Shown here: positions 28,581 through 38,629 of the stretch, one piece after another | Layout of the letters: each line of letters starts with the position of its first letter | Position numbering within the stretch: position 1 is the stretch's first letter | Origin: a virus | Taxonomy: Duplodnaviria; Caudoviricetes | Direction: 5' to 3' (one strand) | Length of the DNA: 53,654 nucleotides | IMG/VR virus record: IMGVR_UViG_3300002461_001214 | Span: 1 to 53,654 of that record | The notes under the pieces: generated by a model | Database searches by the model: none | Seen by the model: the letters and a program-made list of their open reading frames with translations, nothing else | Told to the model about the DNA's origin: nothing | Translations under genes and position numbers: made by a program

Positions 28581-29474
28581 TCAGCCGAGCCAGGGCGCGA
28601 CCACCAGCTCGACGCGGCCGTAGTCGAGGTTCGACTCGCCCCCGGCCAGGTTCATCTTCTTGACGATCGCCTCGCCGGCGGAGCGGTTGCTCGGGCCGAC
28701 CAGCAGGATGTTCGGGGTGATCGCGAGCGGCGCGCCGTAGTCCTTCTTGAACAGCGCCATCGCGTCGAAGGCGGCCTTGAAGTTCGCGGCGTCGAGGGCG
28801 GCCTTCGAGCCGAAGGCGGTCTGCCAGAAGCCGAAACCGGCGGTGTTGCGGGCGTCGGCGCCGTAGATGAATTCCTTGCGCAGGAAGACGTTCGGGTCGT
28901 CGGGGTTGTCGAGGGCGGTGAACTGCGGCGCCTTGCGGTTCTGGAAGATGGCGGGCTTGAGCGCCTTGGTGGTGTCGAGCAGGAACCAGGGCGCTCCACT
29001 GCCGGCCTGCATGTTGGAGACCGACACGGGCGAGCCGGCGGCATCGAGCACGGGATGGTCGGTGTCGAAGAAGAACTGGCCGTCGAAGCAGTTGGTGGTG
29101 AAGCCCTTCGCGAACATGCTGAAGATCAGCTCGTCGGGCTGGCGGGCCGCCGCGTCGCCGAGCATCGTCATCATCGGCGCGTAGATGCCGAAGCGATCGT
29201 CTTCGATCTTGTTGCGCTCAACCGTGACGGTGTCCTCCCAATCCTCGTTGATCAGGCGGTAGTCGCCGGCGGAGATGTTCTTGATCTGGCGCTCCCCCTG
29301 CCACTTTCGCATGCCGGGGATCTGGTTGAGCCAGGGGTACAGTTCCTCGGTCGTGGTCGAGGGCACCTCCGTGGCGAAGCGGCTCCACATGGCCGCAACC
29401 GCCGAAAGCCCGGTGCGGAAATTGGCGCGGAAGCCGGTGCTCAGCATCCGCAGATTGGGGGAATTGATGATCAT
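28581..29474 (-). CDS. Mu gpT-like major head protein
   Basis: YPWLNQIPGMRKWQGER, IEDDRFGIYAP, CFDGQFFFDTDHP, GFGFWQTA. Confidence 0.95.
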   Translation of the reverse strand: MIINSPNLRMLSTGFRANFRTGLSAVAAMWSRFATEVPSTTTEELYPWLNQIPGMRKWQGERQIKNISAGDYRLINEDWEDTVTVERNKIEDDRFGIYAPMMTMLGDAAARQPDELIFSMFAKGFTTNCFDGQFFFDTDHPVLDAAGSPVSVSNMQAGSGAPWFLLDTTKALKPAIFQNRKAPQFTALDNPDDPNVFLRKEFIYGADARNTAGFGFWQTAFGSKAALDAANFKAAFDAMALFKKDYGAPLAITPNILLVGPSNRSAGEAIVKKMNLAGGESNLDYGRVELVVAPWLG

Positions 29475-29506
29475 GTCGGGTCCTCAGCAGGAAGGGGCGC
29501 GGCGGC

Positions 29507-29877
29507 TCAGGCGATTTCGACCCAGACGCCGTTGGTCTCGACCTCGACGACCTTGCCCGCCTTGTCTCGTCGTCGACGATGAAGCAGTCCTTCAGGAGGT
29601 CCGCCTGGACCACCGGATCGGCGCCGTGGTTCTTGAACAGGAAGACGCCGCGCCGGACGGTGACGCTGATCGCGCTCGCCGCCCCGGCGGAATTGTCGGC
29701 GCTCTCCTCGGCCCGGCCGGCGGCCGTCAGCGTCGTGGCTACGGATCCGGGCACGCCCAGGCCGCTGGCATTGAGCGCGACCAGGGCGCCGGCGTGGATC
29801 GCGGTTGCCGCGGCGACGGGCACGACGAGCAGGTCGCGGCCCTTGGTCAGGGTATTACGGGGTGCGCTCAGCGCCAT
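29507..29877 (-). pseudogene. Head decoration/cement-like protein, frameshifted near 29564
   Basis: MALSAPRNT...CFIVDDET, then KAGKVVEVETNGVWVEIA* in another frame. Confidence 0.7.
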
Positions 29878-29912
29878 GGGTCAGCTCCTCGATGTCGGGG
29901 TTGGCGGTGCGC

Positions 29913-30893
29913 TCAGGCGCGGGCGGCGAGAAAGGCGGCTTCGGTGACGCCGAGCGACGCCGCCATCGTCTTTTCCGCATCGGACAGCTTGCCCTCGGCG
30001 CCGACGGTCGGGTCGCCCTGCGCGGCCTTGTCCTCTCCGGCCTTGAGCATGATCGGCATCGCCTCGATGGCGGCTTTCGTCAGGTCGAAGTCGGCCGCCG
30101 CGAGCGCCAGGTACTGATCCTTGGCGGCGGGCGCGATCTTGCCGGCCCTGATCGCGTCGCCGACGAGCGTGGCGCAGAGCGCGGCCTTGGCGGCCTGCTG
30201 GCCCGCGGCGATCGTAGCCTGCGCGGCCGAGAGCGCGGTGACGGTCTCGTCATACTGCGCCTTGGGCACGAACTTGTTCGGATCGCCCGCCTTGAGCGAG
30301 GCAATGGCCGCGATGGCGTCAGTGGCCGAAGCCGTCTCGGCGAGGCCCAGCTGGGCCAGCAGATCTTTCAACATGGGATCGTCCTGGGGGTTGGTGGCGG
30401 AGGCGACGGCCGGCATGCCGAGCGCCGGCGAAGCGACGAGCGCCGCGCCCTTCATCAGCCTGGCGGTCTTGCCGTCTTCGGCGCGCCAGAAGGTCGGCGA
30501 GATGTAGCGATAGGCCCTGGCCGCGAGCGCGGTGACGGCGTCGGGCAGCCATTCGACCTTGCCGAACAGCCCTTCCGCCCGCGCCTCCAGCGCCACGATC
30601 CATCCGCGCGCCGGCTTCGAGCCGAGCGTGACGGTGAATTCGCTCTCATGCTCGAAGTCGATCGGGAGGTGGATGCCGCCGGCGGCGTGGGCCGCGACGA
30701 GCTTTTCGGGATGGAAGACGAACTGGCGGCCGTCGCGCGCCGTGACCGGCCCTCGGGGCGTCAGCTGGATCCAGTCGGGCAGCGCAGGGGCCGCGCCGTT
30801 CTGGCCGGCGGCGATGACGACCTCGAACGCGACGCCGCCGGTCTCAAGACCGGAGGGCAAGGCGTTGCAGCAGGTGGCGGGCTGGCGAAGCAT
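29913..30893 (-). CDS. Mu gpI-like protease/scaffold
   Basis: LPIDFEHES, ARGWI, YRYISPTF, ALVASPAL; possible internal scaffold start at MLKDLLAQLGL. Confidence 0.9.
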   Translation of the reverse strand: MLRQPATCCNALPSGLETGGVAFEVVIAAGQNGAAPALPDWIQLTPRGPVTARDGRQFVFHPEKLVAAHAAGGIHLPIDFEHESEFTVTLGSKPARGWIVALEARAEGLFGKVEWLPDAVTALAARAYRYISPTFWRAEDGKTARLMKGAALVASPALGMPAVASATNPQDDPMLKDLLAQLGLAETASATDAIAAIASLKAGDPNKFVPKAQYDETVTALSAAQATIAAGQQAAKAALCATLVGDAIRAGKIAPAAKDQYLALAAADFDLTKAAIEAMPIMLKAGEDKAAQGDPTVGAEGKLSDAEKTMAASLGVTEAAFLAARA

Positions 30894-30899
30894 GACGCG

Positions 30900-30944
30900 A
30901 GATTGCGTCGGCGCCGGGCGGCTAAAGAGTGGGACGCGCGTCCC
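30900..30944 (-). promoter_or_regulatory. Putative late promoter (protease/capsid operon)
   Basis: GGGACGCGCGTCCC palindrome + ACTCTT + -10-like CAATCT at the conserved spacing. Confidence 0.75.
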
Positions 30945-31034
30945 GTTGTTCCTGCGGGCTTCAAATCACGTTCAACATGGCCTATGTTGGAGGCGCGGTC
31001 GAGCCAGTAGCGCCATGCTCGTCATGCGAAGGGT

Positions 31035-32231
31035 TTACGACCTTCCGGCCGCGTCCTCCATCTCCCTAATCTGTCGGTCGGTCATACGGTGCACGCTGTT
31101 GACGAACAGTTCGTCGAACCCGCTGCGCTTGATCACGACCGCATAGGCCTTGCCCAGCCACCGCTTCATCAAGACCAGTTTGCCCTCGGCCAGGACGAGG
31201 TCGGGATCGTCGATCGCTTCCTGGAGCGGGAAGGCCGCGAGATCGATGGCATGCTTGCCGTGGATCTTCGCTCCGTCGGCAACTGACAGCGTGGCGACTC
31301 GGCTCGTACTGCCCAGACGGGCAGCTAGCTGATCGGGCATCACGGCGACGGGCCAACGCAACCGTCCGGCCGCCTGCATGGCTTCCGACAGATCCTTGCG
31401 ATCGAAGCCAGCGCCATTGGTGGCGACGTAGTCGAAGACGGGGTCGGCCCGCATGCGTTTGACCGCCTCACGTCGGGCTTCCCCTCCCAGGCGGTCGAGC
31501 CGTTCGACGAGCCGGGTCGAGACCAACTGCTCGCGCGCCCGGCCGGGGTTGTGATCCCAGCCCGGGTCGATGCCCGCCGGCACGAGCCGCGTCTCGCCAG
31601 TGGTGCCGTTCGTCCAGGGCCGCGCATTCAGCGGCGGCCTGGTGGTCAAGGCGCCGTCGCGCGGCTCCGCCCGGGAGCGCACCCGACATTTACAGCGCCA
31701 GCCGTTGGGTGGGTAATGCGTCGCCCACCAGCTGTCGTTGACCGGCAAGGTGGTGCCGACCCATGACAGATGCAGCGGCCGCTTCCGCTCGCTGACCGAG
31801 GTCATGTATTCGAGATAGGGCAGCACGTCCTTGACGCGCTGGATCCGCGACCAGTCGCCCGCGGCCTCTGCGGTTCGGATGTTGGCGTCGTAGATCAGAT
31901 CGAGCCGGCGCAGTGAGCCGAGCTGCACCTTGGCGATTTCGCCGGTGCGCGGATCGGTGACCTTCCGCTCGCCCCACCAGCCCTTCGACTTGAGCAGCGG
32001 CACCAGCTCGTCGCGGAACTGCTCGAACGGGATGCGGTCGACGACGGCTTTGCGGGTCGCGGCCCGGATGTCGTCGAGCACGTCGAAGCCGGCGGTGCGG
32101 GCGACCGTAAACTGCAGGGCATGCTCGCGCGGCGCGACCTCATCCCAGCGGAACGACGGCTTGCTCGGTCGCCGATCGAAATAGTCGACGACCTCGCGCG
32201 GCGCCGTCCTGAACAGCTCCTCACCGGCCAT
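31035..32231 (-). CDS. MuF (gp30) head morphogenesis protein with C-terminal extension
   Basis: FTVARTAG, LKSKGWWG, RLDLIYDAN, YPPNGWRCKCRV, GIDPGWDHNPG. Confidence 0.9.
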   Translation of the reverse strand: MAGEELFRTAPREVVDYFDRRPSKPSFRWDEVAPREHALQFTVARTAGFDVLDDIRAATRKAVVDRIPFEQFRDELVPLLKSKGWWGERKVTDPRTGEIAKVQLGSLRRLDLIYDANIRTAEAAGDWSRIQRVKDVLPYLEYMTSVSERKRPLHLSWVGTTLPVNDSWWATHYPPNGWRCKCRVRSRAEPRDGALTTRPPLNARPWTNGTTGETRLVPAGIDPGWDHNPGRAREQLVSTRLVERLDRLGGEARREAVKRMRADPVFDYVATNGAGFDRKDLSEAMQAAGRLRWPVAVMPDQLAARLGSTSRVATLSVADGAKIHGKHAIDLAAFPLQEAIDDPDLVLAEGKLVLMKRWLGKAYAVVIKRSGFDELFVNSVHRMTDRQIREMEDAAGRS

Positions 32232-32356
32232 CTCAGGTCGAGCCCCACAGGAGGCCCAGGACGGCCGCCAACCGTTGGCCGCCCCCATGCTCCGGAAAAA
32301 TCCTTGAAACAGAAATTGAAACGGCAGGAAGGCCACGGCGCGCCGATGCGGCGCAG

Positions 32357-33970
32357 TCACTCGACCCCGGCATCGCCCCGGCCCTTACCGATGAGCCCGT
32401 TGACACCCAGGCGGCGCGCCAGGCGCTGCACGGGGAGCCCCGGGCCGAGCCGATCGAGCGCCGCCTGAAAGGCCTCGTAGCTGTCGGCGTCATCGGCGGC
32501 CGCGCGGATGGCAGCGACGATGGGGGCCATTACCGGCTGCCAGCCTTCGAGCGCATCTGCCACCAGCTCGTCGACCTCGTCGGGATCCACAGCCGGATCG
32601 TCGGCAGCGAGGCGCGCGGGACCGCAGCTCGGACAGATCCGCGGATCGAGCCGCCAGGGCGACACCGCGCCAGCCTTCTCGACAGGGACCTGGGGCGGCG
32701 GCTTTGGCTTGCCGTCGACGGCATCCGCGCTCGGCACCTTCATCAGCTTGGCGCCGGCCGCCGGCTCCTTCAGTCCGAGCACGTCGTAGATCTGGCTCTG
32801 CTCGACCTCGAGTCCGCGATCGACCATCTGGCCGACGGCGTTCGACCAGACCTGGAGATCCTTGCGCTCGGGCAGCGGCAGGTGGACCTTCGGATAGGCC
32901 TTCTGCGGCCCGAAGTTGAGATCGACCAGCGGCCTGATCAGCTGCTGCATCATCGTCAGCGCGGCGTCGCGGGCGTCTGCCCGCTTGATGTCGATGCGGA
33001 CCTTGTCGAGCGTCTCTTCGCCCGCCTTGCTCGATGCGGTGCCGTCGCCGGGCTTGCCGATCACGAGCTTGGAGATCTGCTCGTCGATGAAGCGGACATT
33101 CCCCTCGAAGGGCTTGTCGGAGAAGCCCTTCGCCTCGACCAGCTCGATCTCCATGCCCATCGGCACGATCGCGGCCGCATCCCGGCCGAGATTGCGCACC
33201 GCCGCCAGCAGAACGCCGCGATCGTCGCTGGAGGAGCCGGGGCCATATTTCCCCAGCCGCATCGGCATGCCGTAGATTTCGAGGAACTGCGCCCAGTCCC
33301 GCATCGAGAACGACTTGAACATGAACGACCAGGCCGCGACACGCGCGAGCCCATTGCGCGCCGGCAGGCCCATCTTCAGCAGCGGCACATGGAGCAGGTA
33401 TTTCAGCGGCTCCAGCGGCCGCCCATCCGGCTCGCCTTGGACGCGCAGCCGGAACTGCGAGCGGGTCTCACGGTCGAACTGAAACAGCCTGGGATCGCGC
33501 CAGACGAAGCGACGCGGCATCCACAGGCTGCCGACCTCCCACACCATCTCGACGGCGCTGTAGCCTTTGGACAAGCCGTCCATCAGCATGTCCATGACCT
33601 GCTGGAAAGCCGGCGCCTCGATCAGCTCGTTGCGCAGGAAGTCGGCAATCTCGACGTCGCGGGCGCTCTCGCTGGCGGGATCGACCTGTATGTTGAGCGA
33701 GGTGACACCGTTCTTGCGGGTCTCCAGCACATAACGGTAATGCGGCTCGCGCTCCTCGATCTCCTCGGCCAACGTCAGGAAGTCGTACATCTCGCCCTGC
33801 GCCGCATCGCGCAGCGTCTGCGCCAGGCGCGCGGGGTGAAGCCCCGATGCGACGGTGTCGTCGAACTGGTGGCGGATGCCGGTCACGCTGGGAACGGCGC
33901 GCTCCTGCGTCAGGGCAGTGCGCTCGATCGGGCGACCATCGGGGCCGAGCAGGCGATAGGGTTCACGCAT
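32357..33970 (-). CDS. Mu gp29-like portal (DUF935)
   Basis: LAEEIEERE, KGYSAVEMVW, WAQFLEIYGMPMRLGKY. Confidence 0.93.
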   Translation of the reverse strand: MREPYRLLGPDGRPIERTALTQERAVPSVTGIRHQFDDTVASGLHPARLAQTLRDAAQGEMYDFLTLAEEIEEREPHYRYVLETRKNGVTSLNIQVDPASESARDVEIADFLRNELIEAPAFQQVMDMLMDGLSKGYSAVEMVWEVGSLWMPRRFVWRDPRLFQFDRETRSQFRLRVQGEPDGRPLEPLKYLLHVPLLKMGLPARNGLARVAAWSFMFKSFSMRDWAQFLEIYGMPMRLGKYGPGSSSDDRGVLLAAVRNLGRDAAAIVPMGMEIELVEAKGFSDKPFEGNVRFIDEQISKLVIGKPGDGTASSKAGEETLDKVRIDIKRADARDAALTMMQQLIRPLVDLNFGPQKAYPKVHLPLPERKDLQVWSNAVGQMVDRGLEVEQSQIYDVLGLKEPAAGAKLMKVPSADAVDGKPKPPPQVPVEKAGAVSPWRLDPRICPSCGPARLAADDPAVDPDEVDELVADALEGWQPVMAPIVAAIRAAADDADSYEAFQAALDRLGPGLPVQRLARRLGVNGLIGKGRGDAGVE

Positions 33971-33981
33971 CGGTCGTCACC

Positions 33982-35588
33982 TCAGTAGAGCCCGTCGCGC
34001 CGGGCCGGCATCATGACGTCGTGCGCCTGATCGGAGGGGCGTCGGCGGCGGCCCTGCTCGCCCTCGTCGCCACGCCTGGCGCTCTGGTAGCCATAGGCCT
34101 CGTGCGGCTGCCGGGTGCTGGAATAGGCCAGTGCGATCGCGATACCGGCGTCGCCATGGCGCGTGCCACCCGAGGCCGAGGCGACGCGGAGGTTCGGCAG
34201 CACGGCGATGCCCTTGGCGATCTTGAAGGCGCGCAGATCCGCAACGATCTCGGCGTCGCGCGGGATCGCGATCATGTCGTCCTCGAAGGCGGCCTTCAGC
34301 GGCGGCATCTCGACCCGGTACCACTCGGTCGTGAACTTGACCTCGACCATCGCCGGCCCGAACCTTTGCATGCCCGATTCCGCGAGCGAGGCGCCGATGC
34401 CGGTGGCGTCGGTCCGTCCGCCGATGAAGCGTGGCAGGCCGCGCACGAGCGCATCGCGGATCTGCTCCTGCTGCTGGAATGGAACGCGCGACAGCTCGAC
34501 CATGAACGGGATCACCCGGCGCAGTAACCGGGTAATCTGCATCGGGCAGAGAACCGAGAGATCGCGGTGGCGACCGACGTCCTGCCCGAAGCCGGTCATC
34601 AGGTTGCGATCGAGCGTCGCATCCATGACAGGGCGCAGCTCCTGCGCGATCCAGGCATCGACTTCGGCCTTGCGACGGTGCTCCGGCTCAAGATTGAAGC
34701 TGGCCGGGAAGGACAGCCGCAGCACGGGGGCGTCATGCACGCGCGCCTCGATCAGCGGACCGGGTAGCCAGGCGCCCGAGCCCTGGCTCGGGATGCAGTA
34801 GAGCTCTTCGTCGGCGGCCTCGCGATAGTCGGCGACCAGCTTCTCGCGCCAGTCCGCCTCCTTCTCTGGCGACCATTCGCCGTGCTTGTGAGCATTGACC
34901 AGACACATGCGCTCGAACAGGCCGTCGCGCAGTGCATCGTCGAGATCGAAGCGTACCAGGCCGTAGCGCGCCCGGCCGGCGCGGATGTCGGTGATCGTCT
35001 GGTTGAAGGGGTTATCGGCGCCGTTATGGGTCGAGATCACCAGCACCTTGCCGCCCCACATCAGGAAGGCGAGCGCGGCCTTGAGCAGCTCGGCGAGGTT
35101 ATCGACGAAGGCGGCCTCGTCGGCTTCGACGAGAGCGCGACGATCGAGAAGCCTGATGCAAAGTCGATCTTGAGCGCCTTGACGCCGGCTTCCGAGCCAT
35201 CGTCGAACAGCATGTCCGAGACCTCGCCGCAGGCCTTTTCGAACAGGCGCGCCCACATGGCGGCCGCGTCGATGAACTCCTTCGCCATGTCGTGGCTGGT
35301 GCCCATGTAAAGCGTGTCCATGCCGCCCAGGCTGCGCGGCGAGGCCGAGCGCAGCACGGCGTCGCCGGCGGCCCCCCAGGTCGCGCCGGTCCGGCGAGAC
35401 TTCTCGACGAATACGACGTCGAACAATTCGCACTGACGCGCGATCTCTCGCTGATAGCCGAGCAGTGCCGGCGTCTCGCGCCAGTCGGCCGGCGTCGCGC
35501 GGCCCTGCTCGGTTCGGATCGCCACCCACTGGTCGCGGGTCGGCCGGGCTGTGACGTCGGCGGGCGCCGCGACATCGGTTTCAGCCAT
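33982..35588 (-). pseudogene. Mu gp28-like terminase large subunit, frameshifted near 35121
   Basis: LLGYQ, EKSRRTGATW in one frame; DEAAF, ISTHNG, GQDVGR, HGDAGIA in another; the usual LRG-Q segment before DEAAF is missing. Confidence 0.88.
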
Positions 35589-36144
35589 CGCGAACCCCGA
35601 ACAGCTCGCGGCGGAACGCGTCCTTCAACTCGGGCGTCAGGCCCTTGACCGTCGAGACCTTGTCGAACGCGGCGTTGGCCTTCTGCTTGAACTCGCTTTC
35701 CAGCTTGGTCCGGCGGACCGCCGACATGGCCTGGCCCTTGACGGTGTCGTGGAAGGCGCGCGCCAGCTCCATCGCCATCTTCGGCGTTCGCTCGGCCGCG
35801 TCCGCTTGGGTCAGCTCGAAGACGAGCATCTTGATGAACTCGCCCAGCACGATCGAGTTGTCGTCGACCTTCTCGGGGGTGAACTGGTCGGCGATGCCGG
35901 TGAAGATGTGGCGTGCTTCGTCCAGCCGGATCTGCGCCGCGCGCAGCTTGAGCGCCTTGCGGTTGAAGGCGTGCCAGGACACCGGCTCGACGCCCTTGGC
36001 CGCCAGCCGCTCGTTCAGCTCGGCGTGGATCTCGGTCTGGGTCCGCTGGCGCTGATTGAGTTCGCCGATCGCCCAGACGATGTCGTCCTGGGCGTGATCC
36101 GGCACCAGGTCGATCGAGGAGAGCCGGTTCTTGTTCCCGGCCAT
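35581..36144 (-). CDS. Mu gp27-like small terminase (DUF3486)
   Basis: RLSSIDLVP...RTQTEI...SWHAFNR; upstream of terL. Confidence 0.82.
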   Translation of the reverse strand: MAGNKNRLSSIDLVPDHAQDDIVWAIGELNQRQRTQTEIHAELNERLAAKGVEPVSWHAFNRKALKLRAAQIRLDEARHIFTGIADQFTPEKVDDNSIVLGEFIKMLVFELTQADAAERTPKMAMELARAFHDTVKGQAMSAVRRTKLESEFKQKANAAFDKVSTVKGLTPELKDAFRRELFGVRDG

Positions 36145-36146
36145 GG

Positions 36147-36446
36147 TCAACCCTCTCCGCGGGACGGCCGCTTCACGCCTTCGATGACGACGCGGCGCAG
36201 GACGTGGTCGCTGCCCTTGGCCGTGAGGCTGGCGACCCGCACCGTGCCGGCGACGACGAGGGTGACCGCGCCCATCTCGGCGAGCCAATTCAGCTCGTCA
36301 TGGACCCAGTCGCGCGACTTGGTGATGCCGTAGGATTCCAGCGCCAGGCGCAGCAGCTCCGAATTCAGCCGGCCGTCAGGCTGCTCTTCGAGAGCGCGGA
36401 GCAGGATGAGGCGCGCCTCGGCGCGCAGATGGACGTCGAAGCTCAT
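36147..36446 (-). CDS. Mu gp26-like protein
   Basis: RLILLRALEE...LNWLAEMG...LTAKGSDH...GVKRPS. Confidence 0.85.
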   Translation of the reverse strand: MSFDVHLRAEARLILLRALEEQPDGRLNSELLRLALESYGITKSRDWVHDELNWLAEMGAVTLVVAGTVRVASLTAKGSDHVLRRVVIEGVKRPSRGEG

Positions 36447-36799
36447 CGCTTGGCTTGCTCCAGCAGAAATTCCTGCAGCCGTTCGGAGATCGCCGCGACC
36501 GGCTTCAGCTGCTCGTTCAAGCCCCGCAGCTCGCCTTTCAGATCCGACAGCGAGAGCTGGATCGCGTGGACGCTGTCGCGGTCGGGCAGATGACGGAAGT
36601 CGTTCTCCAGCCTGCTGACGCGGTCCTCTACCTTGTCGACCTTCTCGATCGCGAGGGTGAACTTGCCGTCGAGCGAGGAGATGGCGCGCTCGTGATCGGT
36701 CCGGGTCACGAACTTGGTGGCGATCGCGAGGATCGCCACCTGGCTGACGAGCACCAGGGCGCTGCCATATTGCTGCAGGAAGATCATGGCGTCGTTCAC
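36443..36799 (-). CDS. Mu gp25-like membrane protein (DUF2730)
   Basis: N-terminal TM, RVSRLENDFRHLPDRD, RLQEFLL. Confidence 0.82.
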   Translation of the reverse strand: MNDAMIFLQQYGSALVLVSQVAILAIATKFVTRTDHERAISSLDGKFTLAIEKVDKVEDRVSRLENDFRHLPDRDSVHAIQLSLSDLKGELRGLNEQLKPVAAISERLQEFLLEQAKR

Positions 36800-37074
36800 G
36801 GCAAGGCTCCGTCGATGGCGGCGATCGCGGCCGCCCGTCTCGTCTCGCAGGCGCGCAGCGCGGCGCGGTCCTGCCCCATGACCGAGGTGACCTCAGCCGC
36901 GTTCATGTCCCGGTCGGGCAGCGCCACCGGCGCGGCGCAGGCACGCCTGGCCGAGGCCGGAACCTGCGGCTTCACCAGCTCCGTCCGTACGGTCGGGGGT
37001 TTATCGGGAGCCGTTGAGCAGGCGGACGCGATCGCGCCCAAGCCCGCAACGGTCGCCGCCAGCCAGAGCCGCAT
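36796..37074 (-). CDS. Putative o-spanin lipoprotein
   Basis: Lipobox-like ASAC, Pro-rich, DRAALRAC; overlaps the i-spanin gene. Confidence 0.72.
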   Translation of the reverse strand: MRLWLAATVAGLGAIASACSTAPDKPPTVRTELVKPQVPASARRACAAPVALPDRDMNAAEVTSVMGQDRAALRACETRRAAAIAAIDGALP

Positions 37075-37387
37075 TGACCTTCTCCAGTTCGTTCAAATCG
37101 CTTTGAAGCTTTGCCACGGTCTCGCTCGCGCGCGTTTCGATCTGCGAGACGGCCAGCGCCTGGGCGAGCCGGGCCTGCTCGGCGGCGAGGTTCGAGGCGG
37201 CGATCTCGGCGCGCCAATGGGCGTCGCGCTCGTTGCGCGCAGCGGTCGCGGCCGCCGCGACGACGCGCTCGAAGGCGGCGGCACCGCGCCAGTAGCCCAC
37301 GCCGGCGAGCGCCAGCAGGGCTGCAAAAGCCAGCGCGGCGAGCGCGGGCTTGGCGAAGCGCGATGCGAGGAAGGCGGCAACCATCAC
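37001..37387 (-). CDS. Putative i-spanin
   Basis: N-terminal TM + coiled coil + CGLGRDRVRLLN. Confidence 0.72.
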   Translation of the reverse strand: MMVAAFLASRFAKPALAALAFAALLALAGVGYWRGAAAFERVVAAAATAARNERDAHWRAEIAASNLAAEQARLAQALAVSQIETRASETVAKLQSDLNELEKVNAALAGGDRCGLGRDRVRLLNGSR

Positions 37388-37650
37388 CCGACCTCGCCAG
37401 ATGGCGCACGGGCCGCGCGAGGCGCCTTCGCCGGCTTAGCGCCGGCTGTCAGTTGGCTGCGCAGGTCGAAATGCCCGATGCCCTGATAGACACCGATCAC
37501 CGACGCGATCAGCACCACCATCAGCGGCACCACCACTTGCGCCATGGCGACGCCGTCATGGATCGACCAGGCGATGGCCGCCCAGGCCGGCGCCAGCGTG
37601 CCGATGACGGTGCTGCGGCTGAAGCTCCGCTTGGGCTTGATCAGCTCCAT
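37384..37650 (-). CDS. Putative holin
   Basis: 88 aa, two TM segments, basic N-terminus, in the lysis cassette. Confidence 0.6.
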   Translation of the reverse strand: MELIKPKRSFSRSTVIGTLAPAWAAIAWSIHDGVAMAQVVVPLMVVLIASVIGVYQGIGHFDLRSQLTAGAKPAKAPRAARAPSGEVG

Positions 37651-37838
37651 GAGCGAGCCTCCGACGTCATCGTGGGATCACCGGCCGCGTTGGCGCGGGC
37701 CGGGGAAAGCCAGATGCAGAGCAGCGCGGCGACGACCAGGACGGCCAACAGCCAGGGCGGCATCGCGCGCTTGCGAAGCTTCACCGGTGGGCCGGGCACA
37801 TACCCCGCCTCGCGTCGACGCCTGGCCTCGCCCACGGT

Positions 37839-38513
37839 TCAGCCCTTCGCGGCTTTGGCTGCGGCGATCCGGATCACGGATGCCAACGACACCGTGACGA
37901 TATCGGTCTCCTTGCCGGTCAGGCTGGCCGAGACGGCCTTGACGGCTGCACGAGTCTTCGGCCCGAAGTCGCCATCGATCCTGCCGATGTCCTGGCCGAG
38001 CCGCGTGAGGTTTTCCTGCAGCGCCTTGACGGCGTCGCCCTTCGAGCCCGGAACAAGTGTCGCCAGCTCCCGATCCGTCGGCTGCGGCAACGGCGGATCC
38101 TTGATCGACCCGATGCCCGGATGCGTTCCCCAGGGCAGCTGGAAATGCGGGCCGTCGAAGAAGCTCGCCCAGTCGCCGCCCCATTCGAGCGGCACGCCCA
38201 TCTCGCGAGCGGCGGCTTTGAAGGCGTCGGCGATCCGATGATAGAGCGGCACCTCCCATGAGATGCGGCCGCCTACCATGGCGACTACGTCGATGGCGTG
38301 GCCGAGCCCGTTGGGCGCCGCGATGTGGCGGGACTTCAGCGTGCGCGAGGCACCCTTTTTGACCAGCTCCCGCTGGCGCGACACGGTGCGAAGGCCCTCC
38401 GTGATCTGGAAGGGCTGGGTCGTCAGCTCAGCTGCGCGCTTCACGACCTTCACGAGGTCGGGATGGACGCCGTCGAGCCGCTTGAGCGAGGCCTGTGTGA
38501 GTGTGACCGCCAT
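37839..38513 (-). CDS. Endolysin, M15-family peptidase with peptidoglycan-binding domain
   Basis: GVHPDL, EGLRT, SRH...GHAIDV, WGGDW..FDGPHFQL; DGDFGPKT. Confidence 0.9.
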   Translation of the reverse strand: MAVTLTQASLKRLDGVHPDLVKVVKRAAELTTQPFQITEGLRTVSRQRELVKKGASRTLKSRHIAAPNGLGHAIDVVAMVGGRISWEVPLYHRIADAFKAAAREMGVPLEWGGDWASFFDGPHFQLPWGTHPGIGSIKDPPLPQPTDRELATLVPGSKGDAVKALQENLTRLGQDIGRIDGDFGPKTRAAVKAVSASLTGKETDIVTVSLASVIRIAAAKAAKG

Positions 38514-38578
38514 GGCGACCTCTTCGGACAAGAGGCGCTTGACGAACCGCGTCGGCCTCGGGATGATCGGACATCCCG

Positions 38579-38621
38579 AAATTGCCGGTGGAGCAGCCCT
38601 TCAAAGAGGGTGACGCGCGTC
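38579..38621 (-). promoter_or_regulatory. Putative late promoter (lysis operon)
   Basis: GACGCGCGTC + ACCCTCTT + -10-like CAATTT at the conserved spacing. Confidence 0.75.
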
Positions 38622-38629
38622 CCTGCGCG

